This document shows, in pieces, positions 1 through 12,224 of a stretch of 33,157 nucleotides of DNA (positions are counted from its first letter, which is position 1; every line of letters begins with the position of its first letter). Position numbers and translations under genes: made by a program. Source of the stretch: Octopus sinensis (taxonomy: Eukaryota); contig NW_021832329.1 in NCBI RefSeq assembly GCF_006345805.1, positions 1-33,157 on the forward strand, read 5' to 3'. The notes under the pieces are model-generated. The model searched no databases. It was given only the letters and a program-made list of their open reading frames with translations, and was not told the DNA's origin.

Positions 1-245
1 TTTGGTAGACAAAAAACTGAATGGAATCCCGTTGTACACACACACACGCACACACACGCGCACACACACACGCACACACACACATACACGCACACACACA
101 AAGATACATTTGCACACATATGCGTACACATGCATACACACGCTCACATATATGTATATGTGTATTTGTATTTGTCCGCTCCTCTACCGATAGAATAAGT
201 ACCAGGTTTACAACTAAGTACGGACGTTGATTAGTCCGACTAAAT
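1..245 (+). mobile_element. SINE family B, 3' part with internal (CA)n microsatellite
   Basis: tttggtagac..aaactga..cccgt, microsatellite, then accgatagaataagtaccagg; collinear with the full copy at 29620-30140. Confidence 0.7.
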
Positions 246-852
246 TCTTCCAGCTGATGTCTAACCATTGTTGTAGTCTAATAACTGAAATAAAAAACAA
301 AATAATTATAAAATATTGTCTTAGATATACTGGGCGAATAAAAAACCAGATGGTCACGAATGGAATACATTTAATCATAAGTCGTTAATCATATGACGGT
401 TCACCTAGAGTTTAACAATAACAACACTTTAGTACGGTACATTGACTAATGCATAGCCTCCATTATCTAACAACTTCCCTTTCGACGTTAAGCAATATTC
501 TGTTTTCATATATAGAGTTTGATCTCTGAACATTGACTGTTCATATCCTCTGAAAGGTCAAATAATGCTGGCAAACATATTTCTATATTTCTCAGTGAAA
601 AAAAAAATTTATTCCTAAGGTACAAGTTATATTCATTATGTGCCCCCATGCACGATAGATCTTCGTTGTTCGATGATGACGCTTCAGTTGTTTGATTGAA
701 TGAATTATCTGCTCCTGAATTCACATGTAAATGGCTGAACGTTCCACAGATATGTGTACCCTTAATGTATTTTTCAGGCGTGATCAGATGACACAATTTG
801 TAACAAGACTGGACCTTTTGAATTACAGGTGCAATCCGCCCAGCGGGCATCT

Positions 853-1007
853 AAACAGCTTCCGTCTACCGAATTTCACTCACAAATTATGAGTCGACTG
901 CAGGCTTTAGGATATAGCATCTGTCCATGATGCCACGCAATGGGATCGAACCCGAAACCTCATGACTGTGAAGTGAGCTTCTTAACCAATCGGCCTTACT
1001 GCGCCTA
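853..1007 (-). mobile_element. SINE family B, tRNA-derived 5' head
   Basis: Reverse complement begins aggcgcagtaaggccgattggttaag (A-box-like), contains ggttcgatccc (B-box) and continues to ggtagacggaagctg as in other B copies. Confidence 0.7.
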
Positions 1008-2361
1008 CACTCCTGTATCTGACATGATTTTGTAATTCCTTATCATCACGTTTCACCACTATCGTGTCAGATAACTCATACACCATTGCCCGGATCCTGT
1101 GCAAGTTATATATATAATAGTGATTGATAAGTCACTGATCCTGAACAAATCATCTGCTCCATTTGCATTCTTTCTGCACGGACACGTTTATATAGCACGT
1201 TGATGCTGTGATCCAAAAACGATGCAGGTAAGGCTTGTATTAGAAACCGTTTCTCTGCACTTCAAAAATATATATCTACTTCACAAAACACTAACAGCAA
1301 ACGTGGCAAATAAAAGTGGGATAACGAAACAGTATGGCGGATCCAACTGTGTATTTATTTCTGCCGTAAATGAGGAGAGCACGTCTTTTCACTTGAGACG
1401 TGATTTATGAGCAGAGAAATGGATTTGAGGTCAAAAGACGCAGGTGACGCCATGTGATAGCTATTATGGTAGGTTGACGTTATTAGAAGAGGAGAAAAAT
1501 AATAATGAAAGAAATTTCCTGGATTAAAATTGTTGATTCAGGAGTTTATTGCAAGAAGCAGACGACAACTAACAGCCCGCTAGTTGTTTCGAGATACTGG
1601 TAGTATTGAATCGTTCGTTTCTTTCAATTTTCAACGCTTTTTTATCTTTTTTTTTTGAAAAGCAGTTTATCCAAACTATATTATATAGATGGTGTCTTGT
1701 TAACTAATCATCTAGAAACTGTTTTCAAACATACCTTACAAAAAACTAAACCTTCCCAAAGAGAGTATGTGTAAGTACGTGTGTGTATGTGCGTGTGTGT
1801 GTGTGTGTGTGTGTGCGTCTGTGTATGCATGCGTGCGTGTGTGTATGCATGCGTGCGTGTGATCTCTCTCTCTATCTCTTGCCTAGTGCTGACACTTCAA
1901 ATTTTGCGCTCAGCACTTCAAGTTAATACAACATGCGTTACGGAGCTCTCGTTTACCACAAGGTCGAACCGAATATATGGATTTGCTCACACTCAAGCAC
2001 ACGCATAGACACACACACACACACATGCACATATACACATATATGTGTATGTATGTGTGTATATATATATATATGCATGTATATATATATCTGTGGTGTG
2101 TGTGCGTGCGTGTGTGTATTTGTGTGTGTTTATGCATGTAAGCATATGAAATATGCCCAGTTTGGTGTTGAGAAGTCCATACTTCAAGCGAAAACTCAGA
2201 ATACGTGTTGAGTAGAGTAAATATGCTTACGAGTAGTAAAAGCCCCTACAGAGAGCACTTGATATTATATAGTTGGTAACAGCCGTATCCAGGATGTACC
2301 GTTACATATCTTTTACAAAGAAAGTTAGTTGAAACCTGTGAATAATTAATTGCTGGAAAAA

Positions 2362-2561
2362 GGCAGAATCGTTAGCACGCCCGACAAAATGCTTCGTCCG
2401 TCTTTACGTTCTGAGTTCACATTCGGCGGAGGTCGACTTTGCCTTTCATCCTTTCGGGGTCGATAAATTAAGTACCTGTTGCGTACAGGGGTCGATTTAA
2501 TCGACTGGTCTCCTCCCACCAAAATTTCGAGCCTTGTGCCTAGTGTAGAAAAGAATATATA
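2362..2561 (+). mobile_element. SINE family A (ggcagaatcgttagc...ggtcgactttgcc...ggggtcgat), flanked by a 10-bp direct repeat
   Basis: Matches several other copies in the window; gctggaaaaa at 2352-2361 and 2562-2571 is a candidate TSD. Confidence 0.8.
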
Positions 2562-3015
2562 GCTGGAAAAACTCCGTATCCAGGACATACTGTTACATTT
2601 TACGAAGAAAGTTAGGAACATAATTATTAATGTGCGAGTAATAGAATAGATTGCTTAAGCCAGAAGATTGCTTGGCGACACAAGGCACGTTATAAAACCT
2701 GCCACGTGACTTCATGGAAGAAACTATTAGTAGCTCTTAATACAGTGGTCATTAAATGGATGGTGTACTTTTCTTGTTAATGTTACCTTAACGGAACAGT
2801 AAACTATGTATTGTGTTGGCAACTAAGTTTCCACGGTTTTTTTAAATTTTGGAATTTATTGCGTTTTTAAATTTTGGAATCTATTTTTTTCGAGAATTCT
2901 ATTTTTGAATCATTTTTTTTCTAGTTAATTTTAGTTAATTTTTTTATTTGCAGATCATTTAAATAGAATGTCAAGTTAAGAAAAACGTCTATGTATGTAT
3001 ATATATATATTATAG

Positions 3016-3047
<32 letters not shown>

Positions 3048-3830
3048 CTATATAATACCGTATATATATACCGAATATATTTGTATAATAGTGAATCTCA
3101 TGTAAAGGTCGATCCCCTATTCTGGGTCCAAAGGTTGAGAATTTTCCATAGACCCCTTATAAAAATCAACCTTAGTATTTCAGGAGCAACAGGACAACAT
3201 TTGTGGGTCAAGGTACGGTATTATCCTGTATGTAGAAATAATACTGTCACAAAATTGCGTGCCTATCTTACTGTAGCCTGCTCTATAGAGGAATGCTTGG
3301 TGCTTATAGTAAAACACCATTTAGTACCGAGCACTACGCATCTGTTGATGAGTGCTACATCACCATTACTAAAATGTGTGCATAGGATATGCTGCAATCC
3401 TGCATACATCTTCAAGCACAATAAACACATGCGTCATACACTCGTTGTTTACATGGTGAGAAATGTGTTTCTTGGACAGCATTATTGGCGAACACTTGCA
3501 AACGCCACTGTCTGAATTCATACGAAGACATGACTTCGGTAAGCCTAAAAACATTCACTTATTCGCCAGATCAGTGGTTCCCAAACAACCTTTATATTTT
3601 CCTCATTTCCAAATACAATAAACATATGCATCATACGCTTGTCTGTTTACATGGTGAGAAACAATTTTTCACAGACAACACTATCGGCGAACAACAGCAA
3701 ACACCACTATAAAATTAGGAATTTAGAATGCATTTATAGTGATGTCAGGGTTATCCAATTTTTGGTGGTAACATTGGCTTAATGACACACTATAATTTAG
3801 TCGGTATGAGAGAAAGAGGGGTCACCATCT

Positions 3831-4244
3831 TGTTCGCAACAACAAGAAAATAGAAATTCACGAGAGGCTTGTAATAAGTCATAACTTTTATCACTAGAGG
3901 TAATGCGTAAACATACAAGGTTAATTGAAGGAAAGCTTATAATATTACATGAATATGTTTTATTGGCAGTCGCATGTCTCCAAGTAAGTAAGGTGAACGT
4001 GTGCGCGAGCGGGCGTAAAGTGCGGCGGCTTGACTCAATGCCAGCCTAAAGCTAGACAGACACGGAGTGGCGCGAATTTAGAATTTCTTTCCTTTATATA
4101 AGGGATGGGCCGAAAGTCCCCGACTTCCACGTAAACCGGAAGCTTCCAGAAAGGTCTCGAACATTCTAGAAGCTCAAGGGAGATTACTCTCGTTAAATCC
4201 CTTTTCCGTTTGGCTTCCCGTCGTAGCCGCCAGGGGTCGCTACA
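3831..4244 (-). mobile_element. Candidate solo LTR
   Basis: Minus strand starts TGTAG and ends ACA; TATATAAAG near 4093-4101 is followed by AATAAA near 3960; GC-richer than flanks; TSD imperfect (catct vs cattg); left boundary could instead be 3870. Confidence 0.45.
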
Positions 4245-4918
4245 CATTGGATGGTACAGAAGACAATTGTCTATGAGATGACATGGATGATGAACAGGTG
4301 GATGATGTGCTACCTCTAGCTATGGCTTGCGAAGATGAAGATGGAGAGAATCTTTACGACGATGTCAGTCATCCTGATGATTAGGAAACTTTATCAAGTG
4401 CTGAAGATGATGAACAACATGATTTTTTAAAGGATTTTAATGAACTTTTGTGTTTAAAATGTTTAAGATGTACTACGTACCGTAATTGTAATTTAAAGCT
4501 GTATTACTGTAAATTTGTACTTCACTTTTTGTTTGCATAAGTAAAAAAAATTGATAATTCATTGGGGTTTTTTATTGACATTATCAATTATTTTGATATT
4601 TGTTTTATATTTTGGGCTTTAAGCTTCACTGAATTAATTGAAACTAAAAATACAACAAAGAAATTGGTTCGGTAGTCTCTAATCCAGTCACGAAGGAAAC
4701 GCTTTCGATGGAGACAGTTGGTGGTGCCAAGTGTTGTGCTTCTACTTCTTTTATCAATTTTTGGTATTTAAAACATTAAGTTGAATTAATTAAGTTTAAT
4801 TAATTAGAAATAAAAACGCACCACTAATATACTGTGTCATAATACACTTGTGATAAGTGTGACTTTAACCATGTATATGAAAATAGTGTAATGTTATTGA
4901 GGAGTTATGATGTGAAAC

Positions 4919-5310
4919 GTGGAGGCGCAATGGCCCAGTGGTTAGGGCAGCGGACTCGTGGTCATAGGATCGCGGTTTCGATTCCCAGACCGGGCGTTGT
5001 GAGTGTTTATTGAGCGAAAACACCTAAAAAGCTCCACGAGGCTCCGGCAGGGATGGTGGTGATCCCTGCTGTACTCTTTCACACCACAACTTTCTCTCAC
5101 TCTTACTTCCTGTTTCTGTTGTACCTGTATTTCAAGGGGCCCGGCCTTGTCACTCCTCTGTGTCACGCTGAATATCCCCGAGAACTACGTTAAGGTGCAC
5201 GTGTCTGTGGAGTGCTCAGCCACTTACACGTTTAATTTTCACGAGCAGGCTGTTCGCGTTGATTCGGATCAACCGGAACCCTCATCGTCGTAACCGACGG
5301 AGTGCTTCAG
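4919..5310 (+). mobile_element. Full-length tRNA-derived SINE family C with perfect 12-bp TSD
   Basis: ggaggcgcaatggcccagtggttagg (A-box) and ggtttcgattcc (B-box); TSD atgatgtgaaac at 4907-4918 and 5311-5322. Confidence 0.85.
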
Positions 5311-5616
5311 ATGATGTGAAACACGCCGAGTAGGTATCAGATGTATGCACTGTATTTTGGTAGGTAGCGGCATGCCGCTACCGGGTAGATATGTTACTGT
5401 TGGTAATATAACTTAATTATGAGATATAAATTGATTTCACTTAGCTAGTCTGTTAATGTGATACAAATAAAAGAAAAAGTGTAAATATTTATAAGAGCTA
5501 CGCGGTCTTGTTTATGGGCTTTGTTATTTACTAGGACAAGTCTTTTGATGCATAGAATAGGTAATATTACTGTAATTCATTGTTTTTGATTTTATTCGCT
5601 TAGAGATCAATTGGGA

Positions 5617-5710
5617 TTCGCACTGGGGTCGATGTAATCGACTTAATACCTATGTCTGTCCTTGTTTGTCCCCTCTGTGTTTAGTCTCTTGTGGGTAATA
5701 AAGAAATAGG
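5617..5710 (+). mobile_element. SINE family A 3' fragment (alternative tail)
   Basis: cactggggtcgatgtaatcgactt...tttgtcccctctgtgtttag...taaagaaata; same tail as the minus copy at 24511-24723. Confidence 0.65.
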
Positions 5711-5829
5711 TACTTCGGGTTCTAGTTTGAATTTCAGCCCCTCAAAAGTAGTATCCATGTAGTAGTCGACCCAATAAGTTTGACCTCAAAAAATGGTCTA
5801 AAAATTTCGACTTTTTCACGAGTATATAC

Positions 5830-5870
<41 letters not shown>

Positions 5871-6926
5871 TACTGGAACTGAACGAGTATTGTGTACCGT
5901 GGTCTCGGTGTGAGTGACGTCAATAAATCAAGTAGCTAACACTATACAGAATTGGCCTGCTGCGGCTCTTACTAACCGATTATCTTTAGAAAACTGTACA
6001 AATTTACCTGAATGAATTTGAGGTTCTATGACCATGTAGAAACAGAAACATCACATTAACGAATTTGATAACAGTAATTTGAAAGACGGTTGTTTCCATT
6101 CGCCTATTTTCTTCTCTACCTAGATCCAATGTTTTGACGAAGAGGAAGAGATAGTGAAGGTAATACTTCTCCATTAATGTACATAGGCTGGAGATGAACG
6201 CTGGAATGGTGCCCAAATTAATTGAGTTGATACTTCAGCCTTTCCACTCGACCTACTGCGACCCCTAAACACCCAAACTGAAAGCGATAACAAGACAAAG
6301 TCTTTGGAAGTTAGTTTACTGCTGAGATTTCGCCACATTAAATTGCTTTCTACAACCAGATCGCTTTATTACTTCTGTTCTGGTGATTTGAGTAAATATA
6401 ATTAATAAATATTTATTGATTTCGTCCGTTGCCTTTGATCTTCTGCCTGTTGTAGTGATTAGTACACACTAATGCCAGATATCTGTACTTACCATTCTAA
6501 TGTACAGTTCCGACTGTTTGCACACTTGTTACGCTTGATGAATTCAACAGTAAAATATTATCCGTTTTCAAGGAAGATCTTTTACTGTGTCAAATACTAG
6601 TGTGTGTGTGTGCGTGCGCGTGTGTGTGCGTGTGCTCGCGCCTGGTTATATTATTTTAATTTTTTTTTTTGCCATATATTGATCAGTAATTCTACGCCAC
6701 CCTCGGGACAGGAAAATCTGTAACATCTTAGAAACAATTCGAGAGCGAGTGACAGTGTGTGTTTAGATAGAATATAAAAGCTTGTCACACAATATGTGAG
6801 TCGACATGAATATCATAATATAATAAATTTAGTTAACAATACAATGAGATTCATATAATCTATCCGATCGAATGTTTAACTTCACTTTTTTATTCCAAAC
6901 TTTACTAATTATTGATATCAAGTGTT

Positions 6927-7106
6927 GGCACAAAGCCAGCAATTTCGGGAAGGGGAAGGGGCTAAGTCGATTATATCGACCCCCCCTCCCTAGTGCTCAA
7001 CTGGGACGTATTTTATCGACACCGAAAGGCAAAAAGACTATGTCGACCTCGGCGGAATTTTAAGCATTTCTCCGGGGTGCTAACCATTGTACGAGCTCGC
7101 TACCCT
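6927..7106 (-). mobile_element. SINE family A, degenerate
   Basis: aagtcgattatatcgacccc...gtcgacctcggcggaattt...gagctcgctacc is the reverse complement of the family A pattern. Confidence 0.7.
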
Positions 7107-7287
7107 GCCTATATTAATACCATTTGATCATAGTCTACACGCGTACACTCACATAAGTATAAGCATAAGTATATATAATATATATATATATATTATATAT
7201 ATATATATATAGAATACATATATATATATATATATACATGTAGATATATATAATATATACATGTAGATATATATATGTATATATATG

Positions 7288-7320
<33 letters not shown>

Positions 7321-7501
7321 GTATATATAACTAAAAGGCACAAGTATAGACGTCACTAAAGTGTGTGAGTTACTACTCAGCACCAGCATCGCTAGAACTA
7401 AGAACCAGAACAACTCTTAGCCACGGAGAAGCACTTAACTAATGATTGACAGGGAAGAAAGGTCCCTACAGCAATTCATTAATTCTCATCAGTCACTCTC
7501 A

Positions 7502-7502
<1 letters not shown>

Positions 7503-7583
<81 letters not shown>
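7503..7583. repeat. (ATT)n microsatellite
   Basis: Direct reading; abuts the SINE A head. Confidence 0.95.
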
Positions 7584-7584
<1 letters not shown>

Positions 7585-7960
7585 GGCGGTGAGCTGGCAG
7601 AATCGTTAGCATGTTTAGCGGCATTTCGTGTTCTGCTACGTTCTGAGGTCAAATTCCGCCGAGGTCGATTTTGCCTTTCATACTTTCGGGGTCGATGAAT
7701 TAAGTACCAGTAAAACACTGGGGTCGATATAATCGACTAGCCCCCTTCCCCAAATTTCAGGTGAGCTGCCAGAAACGTTAGCACATCGAGCAAGAGCTTA
7801 GCGGTATTTCGTCAGTCTTTACGTTCTGAGTTCAAATTCCGCTGAGGTTGACTTTGCTTTCATCCTTTCGGAGTCGATAAAATAAGTACCAGATGAGCAC
7901 TGGGGTCGATGTAATCGACTAGCTCCCTCTCCACAATGTACCCATAGTAGAAAGGATTAT
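7584..7960 (+). mobile_element. Two tandem SINE family A copies
   Basis: aaggcggtgagctggcagaatcgttagc at 7584; second head (gtgagctgccagaaacgttagc) at ~7761. Confidence 0.8.
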
Positions 7961-8621
7961 CATTATGATTATTGAGTTTGTTATTACCGGGACTTTATCC
8001 AAATTGTAGTGAATGAAAAGTGAATTTGATCCCAGAACCTCAAGAAAATTAAACTAAATGTGCAATACATTTAGCCTAGAGTTATAGTATTTCAGCTACC
8101 TCTACTGCTGTGTGAGTAATGTGTGGTTGTGTGATTGTGAATGCTGAGTTGTTACAGACCTTATTTGGTACACAAAACTAGACTTAATTTGAGATATGTT
8201 AGATCATTTCCGAATAGGCAAACATACTTCAGAAACTTGAGAAAGAAAATCGGAATTTGTCAAGAATCTGGGCAGAGTTATAGCGATTTCTTTGTTGACA
8301 ATTCCACCATGAAGTATCCTCATATATCAGTTTAACTTTGTATCATAATGGAATCATAATCCTGCTGGGATGAGCAGTCAAATTGGTTTCACCTCTTCCA
8401 CCAACCCAATCTCACAGCTAAAGATCACACCCTTAATTAACATCGCCGGGAGATGGTCAAATGATGAACGAATTCTGAGAGATCCAATGTCATTCGAGCT
8501 TGATATTTGCAGAAAGAGGAGGGTGACAAATAGAAGTATAGTCTAAAAGGAAAAAAAAAAAAGAAAAGAAAAAAGAAAATTGCAGATGGCGTTATAAAGA
8601 CAAATTAGATAAAGTATAGAT

Positions 8622-8774
8622 GAGGGTGTAGCTTAAAAGCTGGCTTTACAACCACGTGGTTTCGGGTTCAGTCATACAGTGCGGCACCTAAGTCGGTATC
8701 TTCTACTATAGCCCCACACCGACTAATGCCTTGCAAGTGAATTTGATAGACGGAAAGTGTGTGGAGGCCCGTAT

Positions 8775-8790
<16 letters not shown>
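8622..8790 (+). mobile_element. SINE family B 5' half, degenerate, running into a microsatellite
   Basis: ggtttcgggttcagtc...tcttctactatagcc...gaatttgatagacggaaagtg...gcccgt. Confidence 0.6.
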
Positions 8791-8810
<20 letters not shown>

Positions 8811-8939
8811 GTGAAATAGCAACGCGCATGCACTATCTCTCTCTCTCTCTCTCTCTCTCTCGATATAATATATATATATATATAATATATATATATATAA
8901 TATATATAATATATCTTTATATATGTTTATTTGTATTTG

Positions 8940-9226
8940 TGTAACGTCTCCCGTTTGTTTCTTCCGTCCTTGTTTTTCGTATCATTCGCTGCTTCCTTTC
9001 TCCAAGGAATCTAATGCTCTTAGCTTAATTTTTCCTTGGGGCTGGCCAGATTGAGCAATCTCGAGTATAACCAGCCGAAATTGCAAAGATAACTGGACTC
9101 GACTGAGGAAGAAAACTCCGAATGACCCGTCCTGTTTTTTTTTTGTATCGTCTATCTTGATGTTTTGTTGTCCCTTTTGTATCACCTACTGATTGTCTGA
9201 TGTTTTGCGTTCTTGTTCCCATTTTG

Positions 9227-9230
<4 letters not shown>
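8940..9230. repeat. Interspersed repeat family D, related in inverse orientation to ~28995-29200
   Basis: Shared segments such as gaatgacccgt and ttgtatcgtct; flanked by (TA)n. Confidence 0.45.
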
Positions 9231-9262
<32 letters not shown>

Positions 9263-9759
9263 ATATATTATATATATATCAAAATAAGTAACAGGATCTC
9301 CAGAGATGATGCATTATGGATCGTTTCAAGCGACTCCCTTTAATTGAACAATACAATCATTACATCAATTTAAATGCAGAGCTATCCTCAGCTGCATAAA
9401 TAAATAAAATAAATAGAATTTATTTAATCAGTCAGACACATTTGTATAAGTTTATCTAAATCTTCTAAGAGGGTAAGAAGACAGACAAGGTCCATGCTGT
9501 TTTCACTTCAGCTTAGAAGCTACTAAACCTTCAGGAAAAAAAAAACTTGTTAGAGATCTAGTTTGTCACTGATTTTTGAGTCGGTTTTTATTCATAGTCT
9601 TGTTTATCAAATATCTGTATATCAAAATCCAAGACCAAAGATCATTGTCTGATTAGGAAAGGGCCCGAGGGAGTTGACAGAATCATAGTGGGTATAGTCA
9701 TAAACTTGTCAAGATTATAGTTGAAGTTTAATTGAAAACCACACATCCATTTCCAAGTA

Positions 9760-9780
9760 ATTATATATTATACTATATAT

Positions 9781-9853
<73 letters not shown>

Positions 9854-9856
9854 CAC

Positions 9857-9893
<37 letters not shown>

Positions 9894-10027
9894 TACAGAC
9901 ACTATAATATATATATATATATGTATATATATTACATATATACATACACTATATATTATATAGTATATATAATATATATATATATATATAATATATAGAT
10001 AGATATATATATATTATATATATATAT
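9760..10027. repeat. Interrupted (TA)n microsatellite
   Basis: Direct reading. Confidence 0.95.
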
Positions 10028-10028
10028 G

Positions 10029-10177
10029 TCAAAGGATGGATGAGCTCATTGTGAGCCGATGGCCATCCACATGAGTGATGTCTTGTAAAAACATCCGCAC
10101 GCGGTCTGAGAAATTATGCAGCTGGTTCAAGTCCGTAGCCACGAAAACTCCAATAAAAGACACATTGCGCTCTTGAA
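10029..10177 (-). CDS. Candidate coding exon (possibly terminal) of an unidentified host gene: VQERNVSFIGVFVATDLNQLHNFSDRVRMFLQDITHVDGHRLTMSSSIL*
   Basis: Minus-strand CTAAC (10221-10225), pyrimidine tract with no intervening AG, then CAG acceptor at 10180-10178; one long open frame; no homology recognised. Confidence 0.3.
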
Positions 10178-10320
10178 CTGGAGTCGACGAGCGATGTGAC
10201 GAAGAGTGAAAAGAGATAGGGTTAGACTGCACGTTAAAGTGTAAAAATAAATGGCCAAGTAAACTTCGCTATTGGCACGGAACTATGATCTGTAAACAGT
10301 ATTTCGTTATTTATTTGACA

Positions 10321-10520
10321 AAGGCGGCGAACTGGCAGAATAGTAAGCGCACCGGACAATATTCTCAGCGGCATTTCTTCCAGCTTTACACTCTAAGTTC
10401 ATATTCCGCCAAGGTCGACTTTCGGGGGTGGATAAGATACGTAGCAGTTGAGCACTGAGGTCATTGAAATCGGCCGTCTTCCTCCTCCCCTAAAACTTCA
10501 GCCCCTGTGTCTATTATAGG
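10321..10520 (+). mobile_element. SINE family A, degenerate
   Basis: aaggcggcgaactggcagaat...aaggtcgacttt...gagcactgaggtc. Confidence 0.7.
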
Positions 10521-11284
10521 CAAAAAAAAAAGCGGGGATGGGCAGAGTGATTAGGGAAAACAATTTAATGAAAAATTAAGAGATTGTTCAAATGTAATTT
10601 TGCTATTTACACGACTGAATTTTATCGAATAATTACAAATTTTTATTGTTAGTGCAAAACCACGTTAAAGTCAACCATGGTGGCTGCTTTAAAGCCCCTC
10701 ATCAGTAGTATATTCTTATTGTGGGTTCTTTCAATGAACTGCGGTCAAACTGGGGCAACAACTTAAAGGATTTTATAAATTATATCAAGCGTGTTGTTTT
10801 ATCTTATACATATTTCATCGACTCTTGAACGAAGAAATGCAAAGTCGACCAGTGCAGGAATTAAACTCAGAAGTGTTACTAAATATCACATTGCATCATA
10901 TCCGATACTTTCCTGGCACTTCCAAGAAAATCCTTTGATAAATTTCCTAGCGTTGGTTTGATTTTTGTTTTAATTGCAATTTAATTGTTGTAATTTATCT
11001 TGATAAATAAGTCATCTTATTAATAATGTAGCTTATTTATAATATTAATAATAATCTTGTTAATAATGTTATTAATAGTTACCTTGTCAATAATTATCTA
11101 ATCAATAATTCAATTTCCATCGGTTTCCATTTTATAGTATTTGACCATTTGACATATCCTACGGCTTTCGTCGATTCTATCCAGATTAATAACCAATTAC
11201 TGCTATTCAATCTGCTTTGCTACGATCCATAAAAACCAAACAATTCAGGCCTTCACAGGAAATTGTCTATAATTGAATAATTAC

Positions 11285-11357
11285 CTTCCCAGTAGTCTGA
11301 TGGTCGATTTGATAGAACGAAACAACCAATCTCCATTACATCTTTGTCAATAACCTT
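11285..11357 (-). CDS. Candidate 73-nt internal coding exon: KVIDKDVMEIGCFVLSNRPSDYWE
   Basis: Minus-strand acceptor atcatctttcag| and donor gaag|gtaatt; only one of three frames is open; phase-1 end fits the exon at 10177. Confidence 0.33.
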
Positions 11358-11771
11358 CTGAAAGATGATACTTAAACGAATAAGAGTGGGAAATTTGACT
11401 GGCTCCATTTTACTATTAAACAGTGGAATACCAACGACTGCTAAACGATTTACAGAGCAGTTTAATACATTATATGAGTATTCATGTATTCTTTTATTGG
11501 TTCCATTCATTGAATTTCGGCCGCTCAGGGTCACAACTTTCAAGGGTTTTAATAATCGATTACATCGACTCTACTACATTGTCTGGTACTTATTTCATCG
11601 ATCGTGTGAGATACAAAATGTGAAGTAGGCATTAACATAAAAGGATTTCAATCGGTTATCGTTCAGAGTATTATTGCTTTCTGTGCAAATGAACTGGGGT
11701 TTTTATTCCTCATCCTACTGATATATATATGTGTGTGTGCGTGTAGGTATAAATATGTGTATGGTTGTCTA

Positions 11772-11834
<63 letters not shown>

Positions 11835-12086
11835 ATGCATGCATGCATACTATGAATAAACCTTATTCATCGTATAGCTTTGCCGTGTTGCTTTTATAAC
11901 AATATTCTCTGATATTTTACTTTACGCACTGTGTGCGTGCGCGTGCGAGCGTGTATTTGTCTGTGTGTGTATTTATGCATATACATAAAATCATGTAGAC
12001 TCCAAGAAGACTGTTGTTAGTCTGCGTCGGTGTCGTTGTTTCGTAAAACCAACTATACATATATTATATCATCTGTGAACTATATA

Positions 12087-12215
12087 TATAAGTAAATAAA
12101 TGGAGTTGAACGAAGATGTTATTAAAATTCTTTTACTTTCGACATATGTTTCGAAGACAACATTGGTTTTATTCCAAAGGAATAAAAAACGGTGTAACAT
12201 GCAATCTTCTCATCA
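12087..12215 (-). repeat. Inverted, truncated copy of the PLE pLTR (hammerhead lacking C3 and the 5' strand of stem I)
   Basis: Manual alignment to the reverse complement of 14387-14512: 8 substitutions and one 3-nt indel. Confidence 0.9.
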
Positions 12216-12224
12216 TCTTTTTAA

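Noticed and set aside
506-850. 114-aa minus ORF, or a plus-strand exon at 779-829
   Set aside because: No recognisable domain; splice signals weak or ambiguous on both strands
2991-3515. 174-aa ORF
   Set aside because: Starts in a (TA)n tract; no domain motifs
4919-4995. tRNA gene
   Set aside because: A/B boxes belong to a TSD-flanked SINE head; no complete cloverleaf supported
6004-6280. Possible micro-exons (plus 6124-6159 IQCFDEEEEIVK; minus donor at 6008) or a LINE remnant (PMYINGEVL)
   Set aside because: Mutually incompatible readings, none supported beyond short motifs
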